A stretch of 64,000 bases of DNA from Lingula anatina (Eukaryota > Animalia > Brachiopoda): the NCBI GenBank assembly GCA_051362555.1, contig CM120644.1, positions 876,954 to 940,953 of the forward strand, read 5' to 3'. The position numbers and the translations under genes were made by a program. Positions 63,046 to 64,000 of this stretch are shown here, piece after piece (position 1 is the first letter of the stretch; each line of letters starts with the position of its first letter). The notes below the pieces were generated by a model. That model was not told the DNA's origin. It worked only from the letters and a program-made list of their open reading frames with translations, and made no database searches.

Positions 63046-64000
63046 TAGCCACATCACTGATGGGAATGGTGGAGAAAATCATATTTAGTGTGTAAGTAAA
63101 TGTAGCCTATCTACACTAGGTGTTGTAAAGACATGTGTTAAGATACTTCATGGTATATTACCACTTCATAGGATAAGAATTACTACTTCATGATAGAAGG
63201 CGACTTCATTGGTTAAAAAATAAGGACCCTTAGGAGACTTCGTAGTATATTACCACTTCATGGTACATTGTATCCAAACATGTTTCAGTTCTGGTTGGAT
63301 GTGGAAATTAGGCGTAAAGGTCGATATGAAGTTTCATTCTAGACCATGATTTCCAGAGTGACGTGTGTATTTGAAATGGTGTGTGTGTGTGTGTGTGGGG
63401 GGGGGGGGGGTAACATTACTCATGATAGTGCGTATTTTATCTCGTTGGAGTTTAATGAAGCTGTTATTTTCAGATGTTCTCGTAGATACCCGTGAGATTA
63501 ACTTCTATAAATAATGTATTTTATCTCAAGAGCTCCGATCCAGCGACGGAAAGCATAAAGCTAGTTTTTTGTTTTACCCATTTAGTTTTGACATTTTTCA
63601 GATTTCAGGACGATTAAAAACTGACAATATTTGGACGTTGAATCATGGCGGGTCTAAGGCACTAGATGTATAAGACAAACGAAGTGTATAAATAAACACA
63701 TAGCCTGCCTTTAAACTAGGGCATAAAACTGTGCTTTGATTGACGGCGCAGGTTTATAGATGTGGCTAGTACACAGTAGCAAGAATGTATGTGTTTCCAC
63801 TGTAGGTAGAGAACTCTACTAGGCAGAGAGGTTTTAATTTTGCTCCACACTAGGTGTACATTAATATCTTTAACAAACCGTCTATTCCATTATTCGTGTT
63901 ATAGAAGTATCTCTTTTGTAACTATGACATAAATGTTATGACTTGCAATAACAAGCTGTAAAAATAGGCTTTTCTATTGATATGCAACATAAATGTTTCG

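Larger units (their letters stand above)
60086..63091 (+). pseudogene. Second cytochrome b561 paralogue; exon 3 interrupted by a TIR element (disrupted allele or pseudogene); last exon not found in the window
   Basis: Exons 60086-60317, 60657-60865 and 62651-63091 have the same intron phases as paralogue 1. Motifs [32 protein letters not shown]. The insertion at 62762-63045 introduces TAA at 62804-62806. Confidence 0.8.

Overview
AT-rich, intron-containing eukaryotic (animal, probably marine invertebrate; taxon not determined) genomic DNA. Five protein genes could be assembled by hand from GT-AG sites and reading-frame phase. (1) A + strand NLR (CDS 2590-10782, about 1283 aa) with a DZIP3-type HEPN putative RNase domain in front of CARD-NACHT-LRR-like domains. 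(2) Its tandem paralogue (16075-24142, about 1090 aa), in which the HEPN exons are replaced by a short Ser/Thr-rich leader. (3) A - strand aldo-keto reductase (41902-34406, 289 aa) whose catalytic Asp/Tyr/Lys exon is present as two intact, diverged 108-nt copies, candidate mutually exclusive exons. (4) A head-to-head cytochrome b561 gene (48555-51310, 251 aa). (5) A second cytochrome b561 paralogue (from 60086) with a 284-bp TIR element inserted in coding exon 3. The rest is mostly mobile DNA: a Rex1/Babar-type LINE fragment, an internally deleted Harbinger, a DIRS-like relic, a Helentron-associated (HINE-like) element carrying a 146-bp satellite, many MITEs and mini/microsatellites. All family calls come from motif recognition, not database searches.
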